NCBI GenBank assembly: GCA_046318795.1
Contig: JBKCTT010000154.1
Location: 18,949 to 82,948, forward strand
Length of the DNA: 64,000 nucleotides
Origin: Pirellula sp.
Lineage (GTDB): Bacteria > Planctomycetota > Planctomycetia > Pirellulales > Pirellulaceae
Direction of reading: 5' to 3'
The position numbers and the translations under genes are program-made. Below, in pieces: positions 22,145 through 30,259 of this stretch; within the stretch, counting starts at the first letter, position 1; every line of letters begins with the position of its first letter. Below the pieces are notes generated by a model. It did no database searches. It saw only the letters and a list, made by a program, of their open reading frames with translations, and was not told the DNA's origin.

Positions 22145-22512
22145 TTCGATTGTTGGGTTTGCAACCAGCGTACATGCCCAACGATATTTTGGAGCTTGAG
22201 TACACGGTAGAGAATATTGACTCTACGGCGATATCGGCTGTTGAGGTATCGGTATTGTGGTTGACGGAGGGCAAGGGGACGGAGGACATGGGGGTTCATT
22301 TCTTCCAGCGATTAACGGGCAATTCTTTGGGAGCGATCAACTGGTCGGTACCACAGACGCTCAAGGTACCGTTGCCGGAGTCGCCGTTATCGTACGAGGG
22401 TAGGATAGTTAAAATATCGTGGTGTGTTCGGGCACGCTTTTACATGAATGACGGTACGGAGTATTTGGGACAAGAGCCATTTTATTTGGGAACGATCACC
22501 AAGGCGATTTAG
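22141..22512 (+). CDS. Hypothetical protein (arrestin/SpoOM-like Ig fold)
   Basis: ATG at 22141 overlaps upstream stop (ATGA); 'WLTEGKG', 'LPESPLSYEG..KISWCVR' pattern; track start 22066 probably too early. Confidence 0.65.
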   Translation: MIRLLGLQPAYMPNDILELEYTVENIDSTAISAVEVSVLWLTEGKGTEDMGVHFFQRLTGNSLGAINWSVPQTLKVPLPESPLSYEGRIVKISWCVRARFYMNDGTEYLGQEPFYLGTITKAI

Positions 22513-22593
22513 GCGGTGAATTGGTTGGGTTGTTTTGAATTTTGAGACTTGAACTTGACATAAAGGGTTCAAGTTGGAAAATCTCGCGAACCT

Positions 22594-22667
22594 GGACGGT
22601 TAGCTCAGTTGGTTAGAGCACCACGTTGACATCGTGGGGGTCGTTGGTTCGAGTCCAATATCGTCCA
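22594..22667 (+). tRNA. tRNA-Val (anticodon GAC), CCA not encoded
   Basis: Cloverleaf GGACGGT-TA-GCTC-AGTTGGTTA-GAGC-A-CCACG-TTGACAT-CGTGG-GGGTC-GTTGG-TTCGAGT-CCAAT-ATCGTCC-A. Confidence 0.97.
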
Positions 22668-23998
22668 CCTTGACTATCTGAAAACCCTGGAAAATCAACG
22701 TTTTCCAGGGTTTTTTCGTGTCCGTCGATCTCAGTTGATACGCTGTTTACCTCAATATCACTCGGTTGTGCTTCGGATTTTGCTTCGGGTGCAGATTCCA
22801 CAGGTTCTAGCCTTTCTGGTTGCATGGTGATTGCTTGCGTGATTACGGAATCCAGATCGGTATCGGCAACTTGCCAGTAATGCTCTTGGGCAATCTGGAC
22901 CGTGTGACCACAGATCGCGGCCGCAACGTGTGGCTGAAGTGTGCGGGCAAAATCGGTACAACCGCTAGCCCTAAGGTTCTGCCACAACTTAGGCCACTGA
23001 GAGACGCCAGCCTTCACGAGAATCTTCTGTAGAGTCGTTCGGAGGTTCGTTTCACCTGACAGTCCTGGGAAAACCTCATCCCCTGGTTCGCACTCATTCC
23101 GCCACGCCGCCAGATGCTCCTCAAGAATCGGCATCATCGGTATCTTCCGCAGCTGTCGGTTCGCATGTCGTTGGTTCTTGGATGAGTCAACGATCAAAAT
23201 TCGCTTTTCCTCAAAACGGATGTGCTCCCACTTGAGCCCTGCAAGCTCGCTGGGCACTCGGAGAGCGGCAACACGAGCAAGCACTATCATGGCTTTCCAT
23301 TTCGCGTTTGGTGCGAATTTGAGAACTCGGTTGATCGTTGGAAGGGGGACGTAGTGTGTTCGCTCTTTGTTGCTTCGTACACTTGCAGCCATGCCTGCGA
23401 ACGGGTTGCGTTGAATGATCCCATCGGTAACCGCTTGGCTGAAGATCTGCTTGCAGAATCCGGTCCGACGTCGAATCGTGTTGGCCGATAACGGCTTGGC
23501 TTTGCCATCATCGTCTTTATCTCGTTTGTTGGCACTTGCCAGCCATACCCGAAACTCTCTGGCATCGTTGGCGGTGATCGAGTTCACTGCCCTGTTCTCT
23601 CCAAAAAACTCAATGAGTCGGTTCTTTGTGTGCCCCATTGCCACCTGGGAGGATTTCTTCAGATCGGAGGATCGAGCTTTGAAGTAGTTCTCAAGAAACT
23701 TACCGAGCTTCAATTCTTTTTTGGTTCGAACGACATAACCGTCGGATGGGAGCAAACCGACCTTGATGTACTTGGCTCGGTAAACAGGTTCGAGATTCGC
23801 GACCTTTTCGGCCACTCTTGGCGCCATAGAAAAACCAGAGAGCTTTGCCGAAAGAAGATCTTCGACCAAGGTCTTATGCTCAGAAGCGATCTCTTTGGTA
23901 CAGATGCCAAGTCGTATCGTCTGGCGTTTCTTGTCCTGGTCCGTGAATTGAATCCAGCGATGTTTCGGCTGACTTTTTGGCTGAACAATACAAGCCAT
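22613..23998 (-). CDS. Tyrosine recombinase/integrase (planctomycete type); 3' end reads through attL into the antisense tRNA
   Basis: Catalytic-type segments LARVAALRVPSE (R), QNLRAS (R), CGHT (H), QEHYW (Y); core-binding region 'ITANDAREFR..LSANTIRRR'; C-terminus GGRYWTRTNDPHDVNVVL is the tRNA reverse complement. Confidence 0.93.
   Translation of the reverse strand: MACIVQPKSQPKHRWIQFTDQDKKRQTIRLGICTKEIASEHKTLVEDLLSAKLSGFSMAPRVAEKVANLEPVYRAKYIKVGLLPSDGYVVRTKKELKLGKFLENYFKARSSDLKKSSQVAMGHTKNRLIEFFGENRAVNSITANDAREFRVWLASANKRDKDDDGKAKPLSANTIRRRTGFCKQIFSQAVTDGIIQRNPFAGMAASVRSNKERTHYVPLPTINRVLKFAPNAKWKAMIVLARVAALRVPSELAGLKWEHIRFEEKRILIVDSSKNQRHANRQLRKIPMMPILEEHLAAWRNECEPGDEVFPGLSGETNLRTTLQKILVKAGVSQWPKLWQNLRASGCTDFARTLQPHVAAAICGHTVQIAQEHYWQVADTDLDSVITQAITMQPERLEPVESAPEAKSEAQPSDIEVNSVSTEIDGHEKTLENVDFPGFSDSQGGRYWTRTNDPHDVNVVL
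22648..22668 (+). repeat. attL core, 21-bp direct repeat (3' end of tRNA-Val)
   Basis: TTCGAGTCCAATATCGTCCAC identical to 37932-37952. Confidence 0.95.
22681..22716 (+). terminator. Intrinsic terminator for the tRNA, supplied by the element and antisense to int coding sequence
   Basis: AAAACCCTGGAAAA-TCAACG-TTTTCCAGGGTTTT perfect stem followed by T-run. Confidence 0.8.
22769..22790 (+). repeat. Putative integrase arm-type site (tandem TGCTTCGG), left arm
   Basis: TGCTTCGGATTTTGCTTCGGGT matches 37873-37894 at 21/22 nt; 12-bp period. Confidence 0.7.
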
Positions 23999-24021
23999 AA
24001 TTTAAGCTCCCTATAAAGCTT

Positions 24022-24091
24022 ACCTATAGAAAAAAACGTGAGGCAGTTGCTATAGGTGGCAACGTTCGGCTTCGAATTTCCTAGCCTCACG
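24022..24091 (-). terminator. Branched hairpin plus U-run immediately upstream of int
   Basis: CGTGAGGC/GCCTCACG outer stem, inner GTTGC/GCAAC and TTCG/CGAA stems, followed on the minus strand by T7; competing ACCTATAG/CTATAGGT pair. Confidence 0.5.
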
Positions 24092-24107
24092 CCAACCACC
24101 TTAACAT

Positions 24108-24602
24108 TTAGGCTCGCAGTTGTGCAAGCAGTTCTTCAGATAAAAATTCCATTTTTGCCAGATGTAGCGCAGTTGCAGCGATATAGCTCCAATTAGACGT
24201 AAGCAACGCAAAACTGCGTCTTAACGCTTTATCGACGATGCTATGCTTGGCCGCGATCGTCCATTCCAACTCGCTTTTCGATAGGAAATTTGGCTTCGGA
24301 CAAGTGAATGAACAAATCAGGTCCTTGGGGTGTAAATACTCTTTGTGCTGAATCGAATAAAGCATTTGCTCAGCCACCCATCCGGACACCGAGTGCGATC
24401 TGTAGCGATCAGGCGACATTCGCCACAAATCGCGACCAGTCATATCGGCCGTGTACCTACCACTTGGTTTTTCCGTAATGAACGCGATAACTCCTCGGAC
24501 ACCATAGAGATGTGCCGACACCGCCAGGCCAGAAGCATGATAAGCGGCTGGGAATAGTCCTTGGATCTCGTTTTGCTCAGCTGGTGTAACTCTGATGACC
24601 AT
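24108..24602 (-). CDS. Hypothetical protein resembling a degenerate stand-alone peptidase M41 (FtsH-like) domain
   Basis: AYHASGLAV resembles AYHEAGHAV; C-terminal 'ALLTSNWSYIAATALHL..EFLSEE' resembles the M41 terminal helices. Confidence 0.5.
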   Translation of the reverse strand: MVIRVTPAEQNEIQGLFPAAYHASGLAVSAHLYGVRGVIAFITEKPSGRYTADMTGRDLWRMSPDRYRSHSVSGWVAEQMLYSIQHKEYLHPKDLICSFTCPKPNFLSKSELEWTIAAKHSIVDKALRRSFALLTSNWSYIAATALHLAKMEFLSEELLAQLRA

Positions 24603-24662
24603 GGTTCTCGTTAAATGATGGTAGACGAATCGGTTCGCGTGTTAGCCTTTAACGAGATCGTT

Positions 24663-25712
24663 TCAAGGGACATACTTTTGTGTCGACGTCGGTTTCGATT
24701 GCTTCTGATTCCATGCTTTTTGGCACTCATCAACAGTAAGCTTTTTGGATACGCAATCGTCAACAAATTCATTATCCGAATACTTGGAGATTCGAAACGC
24801 ATCGGCTCGTTCAACAAATCGATGAGGAGACGCCGCATAAAACGGTGATTGGAGAACACTGTCGTAAAATGCTTCGAAGTAATTCTCAAAATCGCGAACT
24901 TCATCGATCAAGCCAAGGCTTTTCGCATCAGCTGCCAAGTGTGCTCGGCCATCAGTAACCTGCTCAAGTGCGACCCCGCTTAGATTCCGACCCTGGGAGA
25001 CTGCTTCAAGAAAGAAAGCGTTCAGTCCATCAACCTGGCGTTGCAACTCCATCAAATGCGAGTCGAGAATCTTAGTTCCGAACTCCCCAGATCCTTTGTA
25101 CTCTCCGGCACGAATGACGTGCACTTTCACGCCAGCTTGTTCCATCGCCTGGGAGTAGTCCGACATTATGCAATAAGTCCCGATGCTTCCAGTAAAGCCA
25201 GTTGCATTTGAGACGATGTAATCGGCTTGTGATGCGATCCAATAAGCGGCCGAACAACATAAATCGTCAACGTAAGCAACTATTGCCTTCGATTGTCCAA
25301 ACTTCTTGACGTCGTTGGCAAGTTCACGAGTTCCAGAGACTTGGCCGCCAGGGGAGTTGATCCGCAGAAGGCATCCAAAAACCCTCGGATCCTCTAACGC
25401 AGTGTTGAGAATCGACCGAATCACACTTGAGGGACAAGTCGGAAACCATGTTGGGTACTTTGTGATCATGCCGCTAATTGTGATGAGCGCGACACCATCG
25501 ACGATGGTCGAATAGTACCGATCCGAATTCGCGGCATCGCGTTTCTTTTCCGGTGACAGCTCCGACGCGATCCTATTCAGGTCGAAGGAATGGAATTGCT
25601 GTTCCAGGATCCGAAACGATGGTTCATGCATCGAGTAGGGGCCTAGCATGTTTAAGTAGCTCGGCATTGATGCTTGGCTTTGATGAAGCTTTGATATGCG
25701 GGATGTAGTCAT
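24663..25712 (-). CDS. S49 family serine peptidase (SppA-like phage head-maturation protease)
   Basis: INSPGGQVSG, CSAAYWIAS, TGSIG, RAGEYKGSG, FLEAVSQGR; likely start near 25648. Confidence 0.9.
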   Translation of the reverse strand: MTTSRISKLHQSQASMPSYLNMLGPYSMHEPSFRILEQQFHSFDLNRIASELSPEKKRDAANSDRYYSTIVDGVALITISGMITKYPTWFPTCPSSVIRSILNTALEDPRVFGCLLRINSPGGQVSGTRELANDVKKFGQSKAIVAYVDDLCCSAAYWIASQADYIVSNATGFTGSIGTYCIMSDYSQAMEQAGVKVHVIRAGEYKGSGEFGTKILDSHLMELQRQVDGLNAFFLEAVSQGRNLSGVALEQVTDGRAHLAADAKSLGLIDEVRDFENYFEAFYDSVLQSPFYAASPHRFVERADAFRISKYSDNEFVDDCVSKKLTVDECQKAWNQKQSKPTSTQKYVP

Positions 25713-25783
25713 GATATAGTCCTAATGGATTTTAGTTTTGATGGAGTCAGCTGTCGTTATTTGCTTCCAGGGGAAAGAAGTGA

Positions 25784-26692
25784 TTACAAGAATCCGAGAG
25801 TGTAAAAATTCATCGGAATGTATCGTTCAAACTCAAGCCAGTTGTGTTTGATTTCATCGTTGTTTTCCACTTGAAAGCCATCTACGTCTAAAGCTTGTGG
25901 GGTTGCGACTTGTGCTTTATGTCCATCCCCACATGGTACGATTGAAAACGGAACGACACCGCCAGATGTTGGAGGACCTGGTAATCGCTTCTTACAATAA
26001 AAACCTTGATGAAAAACACGAGCAAACCATGCCTTGTCAGGGGTTGTTCGATAAGGAATTCGAAACTTGACCTGTAGCGTACCTCGCCAGTAACCAGAAC
26101 CACCATAGGCATTACCGGCTACGCTTTGCGCTTCAAGCATGGCCACGCGACCGGTGCCAGCAGGCCAACCGGCAAAGGGTGTTGAATTTACTGCTCTCAG
26201 ATACGCGGCTTGAGTGTAGGAATTCCAGTTAGCAAAGTTCCTTCTGACTGTCAAAACAATATCTGGAAACTCTGCTTTAACTCCTCGGATTCGTTCACCG
26301 GCTTTTGTTTGAATTCGCTTTCCGTGAATGTCTTCGTCAATTTCCTGTTCTGCCAACTGACCTCTCCAATCAACTGTTGGTGGGGTTGTCAATGGGTTGT
26401 TGACGTTCCGGCCTGGTGCGACCTCGCCCCGATATTCAACGGTTGCAATGGTCATAATTGGCGAAACTTGATCCATTCGAGCCCGGCCAGCCAATACAAA
26501 ATTGGTGCCAGGATAAACGGCCCCAACTTCTGGAAGTCCGGGAGCAAAATACTTATCAAGCTCCTTAGTTCCGACGTCATGCAATATTTGGTATGACTCG
26601 GTGAACATTACATCAATTCGCCGGAAGTTGTCCTGGGAGTCGGCACTAGATCCAGCTCGGCTCCACATCAGTAACGCGGGTTGTACAGCCAT
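25784..26692 (-). CDS. Phage-related structural protein, possibly distal-tail/baseplate-like
   Basis: 302 aa beta-rich protein downstream of the tape-measure-like gene; assignment by position and composition only. Confidence 0.4.
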   Translation of the reverse strand: MAVQPALLMWSRAGSSADSQDNFRRIDVMFTESYQILHDVGTKELDKYFAPGLPEVGAVYPGTNFVLAGRARMDQVSPIMTIATVEYRGEVAPGRNVNNPLTTPPTVDWRGQLAEQEIDEDIHGKRIQTKAGERIRGVKAEFPDIVLTVRRNFANWNSYTQAAYLRAVNSTPFAGWPAGTGRVAMLEAQSVAGNAYGGSGYWRGTLQVKFRIPYRTTPDKAWFARVFHQGFYCKKRLPGPPTSGGVVPFSIVPCGDGHKAQVATPQALDVDGFQVENNDEIKHNWLEFERYIPMNFYTLGFL

Positions 26693-26728
26693 CTTGATTC
26701 CTTTCTTGTAATTCGGTGTAACGATGTG

Positions 26729-26995
26729 TTAGTAAGTTGCAGGATGGTAAGCGTTTCGCCTGTTCTCTTCGTCCTGAATTTGCTGGATTCGGATTAGTAG
26801 CGATCGCGTGAGAAGAATCTTTACACGATCAAATTCGGCCGCTTGTATCTCTGGTGACTCAGTGTGGTCATATTTCAAAGTCCGGCTTTGTGTGACTTGT
26901 GGGAACGATGCCAGCCTCGCATCAATAAATATCTGGACTAGTTCGTCAATAATTTTAACGTTCTCGGCAATATCAATAAGATTTAAGTTTTTCAT
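26729..26995 (-). CDS. Small hypothetical protein (AT-rich)
   Basis: 88 aa ORF, tightly coupled to upstream ORF. Confidence 0.55.
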   Translation of the reverse strand: MKNLNLIDIAENVKIIDELVQIFIDARLASFPQVTQSRTLKYDHTESPEIQAAEFDRVKILLTRSLLIRIQQIQDEENRRNAYHPATY

Positions 26996-26997
26996 TT

Positions 26998-27288
26998 TTA
27001 TGTTTTGATGTTGTTTAGTTCTTGTTTGTGACTTGAAACGTAGTTCCTAATTTTTTGAATCGATGCCTCAGCTCGTCGCTTAATGTCTGGCATTCGCTCC
27101 ATGATTTCTTGACATTGCTCTTTTGTTTTTCCCTCAGGATCCGTTGCCTCAAATTCGTCCATGATGCCAACAAATTCATTAAGCAGGTTTTGACGTTCAT
27201 CTTTTAAATGCGGATAGCCGTTGAGAATTAGTAAACGCAAACACTTAATGACTACACTAACGCTAGTTTCAAATCGATCTGGGCTCAT
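26998..27288 (-). CDS. Small hypothetical helical protein (AT-rich)
   Basis: 96 aa ORF; start overlaps the stop of the tape-measure-like gene. Confidence 0.55.
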   Translation of the reverse strand: MSPDRFETSVSVVIKCLRLLILNGYPHLKDERQNLLNEFVGIMDEFEATDPEGKTKEQCQEIMERMPDIKRRAEASIQKIRNYVSSHKQELNNIKT

Positions 27289-28901
27289 GGATAGGTCCAG
27301 CTTCCTACGGGTACGATTGCGACAGCTCGGTCCTCAGCAGACCTTGGAGGTAATGGGTTTTCAGCAAGCTTGACCAACTTGTCCATTTGATCAGCTATGT
27401 GTTTTGCATAGTCAGCAATTTTCCGTTCTGGTGACTCAACAGTATCGCCACGGACCATAATCCGAGACTCAAAAGCCCCAAGAGCTTTAATCTGTTGATC
27501 TTGAAGGTTGAGATCCTCTGTTTGTTTCAGCATAAGATTGACCTTCGTTTCAATCGGGTTCGTCCTATACCTCATTCGGTCCGTTACCGCATCCATTCGT
27601 CTTTGGAACTTCTCATCGAATTCACTTGTGATGCCCCAGGCGTAATCATTCATCATTGCTTCTGTTGCTTTTTCTAGCTCGGAAACAGCTCTCTCACCAA
27701 CTTCCGGAAGGGCTTCGGTTGCAGACTCAAATCCCCGAAAGAGATTCTCACCCATCGTGTTGCCCATTTCCCAAACGAACTGATCAAAGCCCTGATCCTT
27801 CCATCCACCCATGATGTAATCAATCGTCAGCTTAAATGCGTTGGCAATATTCTGATTGAAGTTACTCCAAACATATGCAGCCGAAATCACCATGTCTTGA
27901 AGAATGTTGACGAATTGTCTCGCAAACCAAATGGTGTAGGCGGGAATGACCTCGGCGAACGTATGCTGAACTATCGATTCGATGCGAATGAATGAAAGCA
28001 AGAAACTTGATGACACAAGATCGAGAACGTCTGTCAGTCGGTGCAATGTAGTCTCGACGAAAGTAAAAGATCCGACGATTCCTTCAGCCATCTGCTTAGA
28101 GTTGTTTTCAACGTCTACTGACATTTCTGCAAAGTAGGTTCGGAAATCATCGATCGCGGGTATTAAAGCTTGATTGATGACCTCGACAACAACTACCAGG
28201 CCTTCCAGTGCCAACTGCTTGAAAGGTGCCACCATTTGGCCAATAGTTGTCGAAAGATTCTCAGCTTCGACCGACAACCTAGCAAAAATATCAAGCGCAC
28301 TATTCGCCTTTTGCGTCTGGCCTTCTATACCCTGACTAGCGAATGCTGAAACAGCGGCAAGCTTATCCGATTCGGAAGTAAGATCCCGCATTCCGGGGAT
28401 AAGATACTCAAGAGCCCCGAAAGAACCTTCGGTTGCGGCCCGCACCTTTTGAAACGCTTCCGAAAGTGGGATTTCTAAGGCATAAGAGAGGCCTACAGTA
28501 GCTCGTGTAACTTCGTCAATCTGAGATGGATCGAATGACTCCTGGGCGGATCGCATTACTTGGCGGATCTGACCTTCATCAATGTTGGTTGCCAGTTCGA
28601 TTTGACGCGCACTACCCTTTAGCGTGTCATTGAGCCGTTTTTCCATTTCCAGCTTGAGAAACTTGTCGGCAGATTCATTCAAGTAGGTGAACATTGATTC
28701 ACCGGCTTTGACAGCTGCATAAGCTCCGGCCAGGGCAGCGAGAGCCCCAGTTACTCCACCCAGTGACAACTGCAGTGAGCTTGATTTCTTATTGACTGAA
28801 TCCATCGAGTCACCAAGTTGCTTGGTCGACTCATTGAATTGATTTAGGATCTTTGTCGCTTCATCGCGAGCGCGAATCACAAATTCCATGCTTTCCGACA
28901 T
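27285..28901 (-). CDS. Tail tape-measure-like protein
   Basis: N-terminus 'EFVIRARDEATKIL' then 'LGGVTGALAALAGAYAAVKAG' hydrophobic stretch, helical body with periodic W/F, C-terminal 'SPERKIADYAK' style; 538 aa. Confidence 0.7.
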   Translation of the reverse strand: MSESMEFVIRARDEATKILNQFNESTKQLGDSMDSVNKKSSSLQLSLGGVTGALAALAGAYAAVKAGESMFTYLNESADKFLKLEMEKRLNDTLKGSARQIELATNIDEGQIRQVMRSAQESFDPSQIDEVTRATVGLSYALEIPLSEAFQKVRAATEGSFGALEYLIPGMRDLTSESDKLAAVSAFASQGIEGQTQKANSALDIFARLSVEAENLSTTIGQMVAPFKQLALEGLVVVVEVINQALIPAIDDFRTYFAEMSVDVENNSKQMAEGIVGSFTFVETTLHRLTDVLDLVSSSFLLSFIRIESIVQHTFAEVIPAYTIWFARQFVNILQDMVISAAYVWSNFNQNIANAFKLTIDYIMGGWKDQGFDQFVWEMGNTMGENLFRGFESATEALPEVGERAVSELEKATEAMMNDYAWGITSEFDEKFQRRMDAVTDRMRYRTNPIETKVNLMLKQTEDLNLQDQQIKALGAFESRIMVRGDTVESPERKIADYAKHIADQMDKLVKLAENPLPPRSAEDRAVAIVPVGSWTYP

Positions 28902-28928
28902 TTGTTTGACTCCTTCAGTGGGGGATGT

Positions 28929-29780
28929 TTATTTTGTTGCGATCGCGATCAGCAGCTGACCGTCGACGATCATGTACGGGATATCCAGTGCGATCGTGGC
29001 AGAGATACAGTCGCCTATTGTTGCTGCGTCAATTGTAGCGTTAACAAGTCGGTGGACATGAGAAATAGGTGCACTAATCTGTTCAGATCGCGGCATCGCC
29101 TCGAGAACTTTTCGGACCTTGTGTGCGATCAGGAAATCCGGTGGGGGGCCGATAAAACGTTGTTCAGTGAATAGCCCCTCCGAGTCGAAGTAGATCTTCC
29201 GTTTCCCATCCAGGATGAAAGGGTATCGGCCTCGGAGGTCGTTCGCATCGACGACGAAGTCGCCAGCACATGGGTGCACTGGTTGCCGGCCGTCGATCCG
29301 CTCCAAGAATGCTCGGTGCCACTTACGGGAAACGTTCAGATTGCAGTTTACCGAGCCCCATACCGGATTTACCGTGAGACCAGCAGCGAACGCGGCCGCG
29401 ATCATCGAACCATTGCTGATGTAATCAAACAATCTGGATCGTGTCAGATCGTGCTTGAGTCGATACGACGAAATCCAAGGCCTCTGGATCCGCGGCACAA
29501 CTTGCAACGTATCGGCCAAGCTCGCCACGACACTGGCGTCCGGTGCTTCGCGAATGAGTTTCTTGCCGGTCAAGAGTCCGTCGCGATCCACGAACAACAC
29601 GTCACCACTCGGCGCGACGATTCGCGGATAGGGGCAGGCCTCATCCGTCAGCATTGAATCGCGAACGGATGAGAATGGTTGGCCCTGGTAGACGTTAGAC
29701 GTTTCGGTCCTAACTTTGTGAATGGTCATTGGAAAAAACCTTACGAATGGGAATTGGAGAACTAGCAGCGACACATTCAC
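28929..29780 (-). CDS. Hypothetical phage/plasmid protein with an internal duplicated domain
   Basis: Two related halves (YPRIV..LFVDRDGLLT..VPR / YPFIL..IYFDSEGLFT..MPR); 'SSYRLKH...YISNGSMIAAA' motif; likely start ATG 29729. Confidence 0.65.
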   Translation of the reverse strand: MNVSLLVLQFPFVRFFPMTIHKVRTETSNVYQGQPFSSVRDSMLTDEACPYPRIVAPSGDVLFVDRDGLLTGKKLIREAPDASVVASLADTLQVVPRIQRPWISSYRLKHDLTRSRLFDYISNGSMIAAAFAAGLTVNPVWGSVNCNLNVSRKWHRAFLERIDGRQPVHPCAGDFVVDANDLRGRYPFILDGKRKIYFDSEGLFTEQRFIGPPPDFLIAHKVRKVLEAMPRSEQISAPISHVHRLVNATIDAATIGDCISATIALDIPYMIVDGQLLIAIATK

Positions 29781-29829
29781 TGCTTGAAACGCAACTTGGG
29801 GGGGCGGTTGTGGATGAACAAACTCGATT

Positions 29830-30259
29830 CGAGTCGCACAAGAATTTTGAAAAATCGAATTTCAGAAAATCGAAATTGCAAATTTGAAAAACGAAAAATG
29901 AAATTTGAGATCTGGACCGGAAAGGCTTCCGTCCCCCATTTCGCATTCTTCGTCCTCTGCGTCCCCCCATTCCACCAATGAAAACATTGGTTAAAACGCA
30001 TTTTTTGACGTCGGGGGACGCAGGGTGCGCTACTTTCTCTATGTAACCGGTCCGTAGGTTTATTCTCCCTACTCTCTCTACTGATTTACCGCCTATTAAA
30101 TCTCTTCTATCTACTTTCTTATTTCTTTCGTCCCCTTCGTCCCCTAAAAGAAAAAGAAGGAAGAAAGATAAGGAAATAGAAGGATTTGGAAGGAAAACGG
30201 GGGACGCAGGGGGGACGGAAAGCCACGAAAAGGGGACGCTGGACAGGAAATGGGGGACG
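29830..30259. other. Putative replication origin of the element: nine GGGGACG iterons in both orientations with AT-rich tracts
   Basis: CGTCCCC at 29930, 29960, 30129, 30138; GGGGACG at 30014, 30200, 30211, 30232, 30253; directly downstream of the primase-helicase stop. Confidence 0.7.

Noticed and set aside
24037-24091. tRNA or tRNA remnant (branched fold)
   Set aside because: No TTCRA T-loop in the right place, no D-loop GG, and wrong arm lengths
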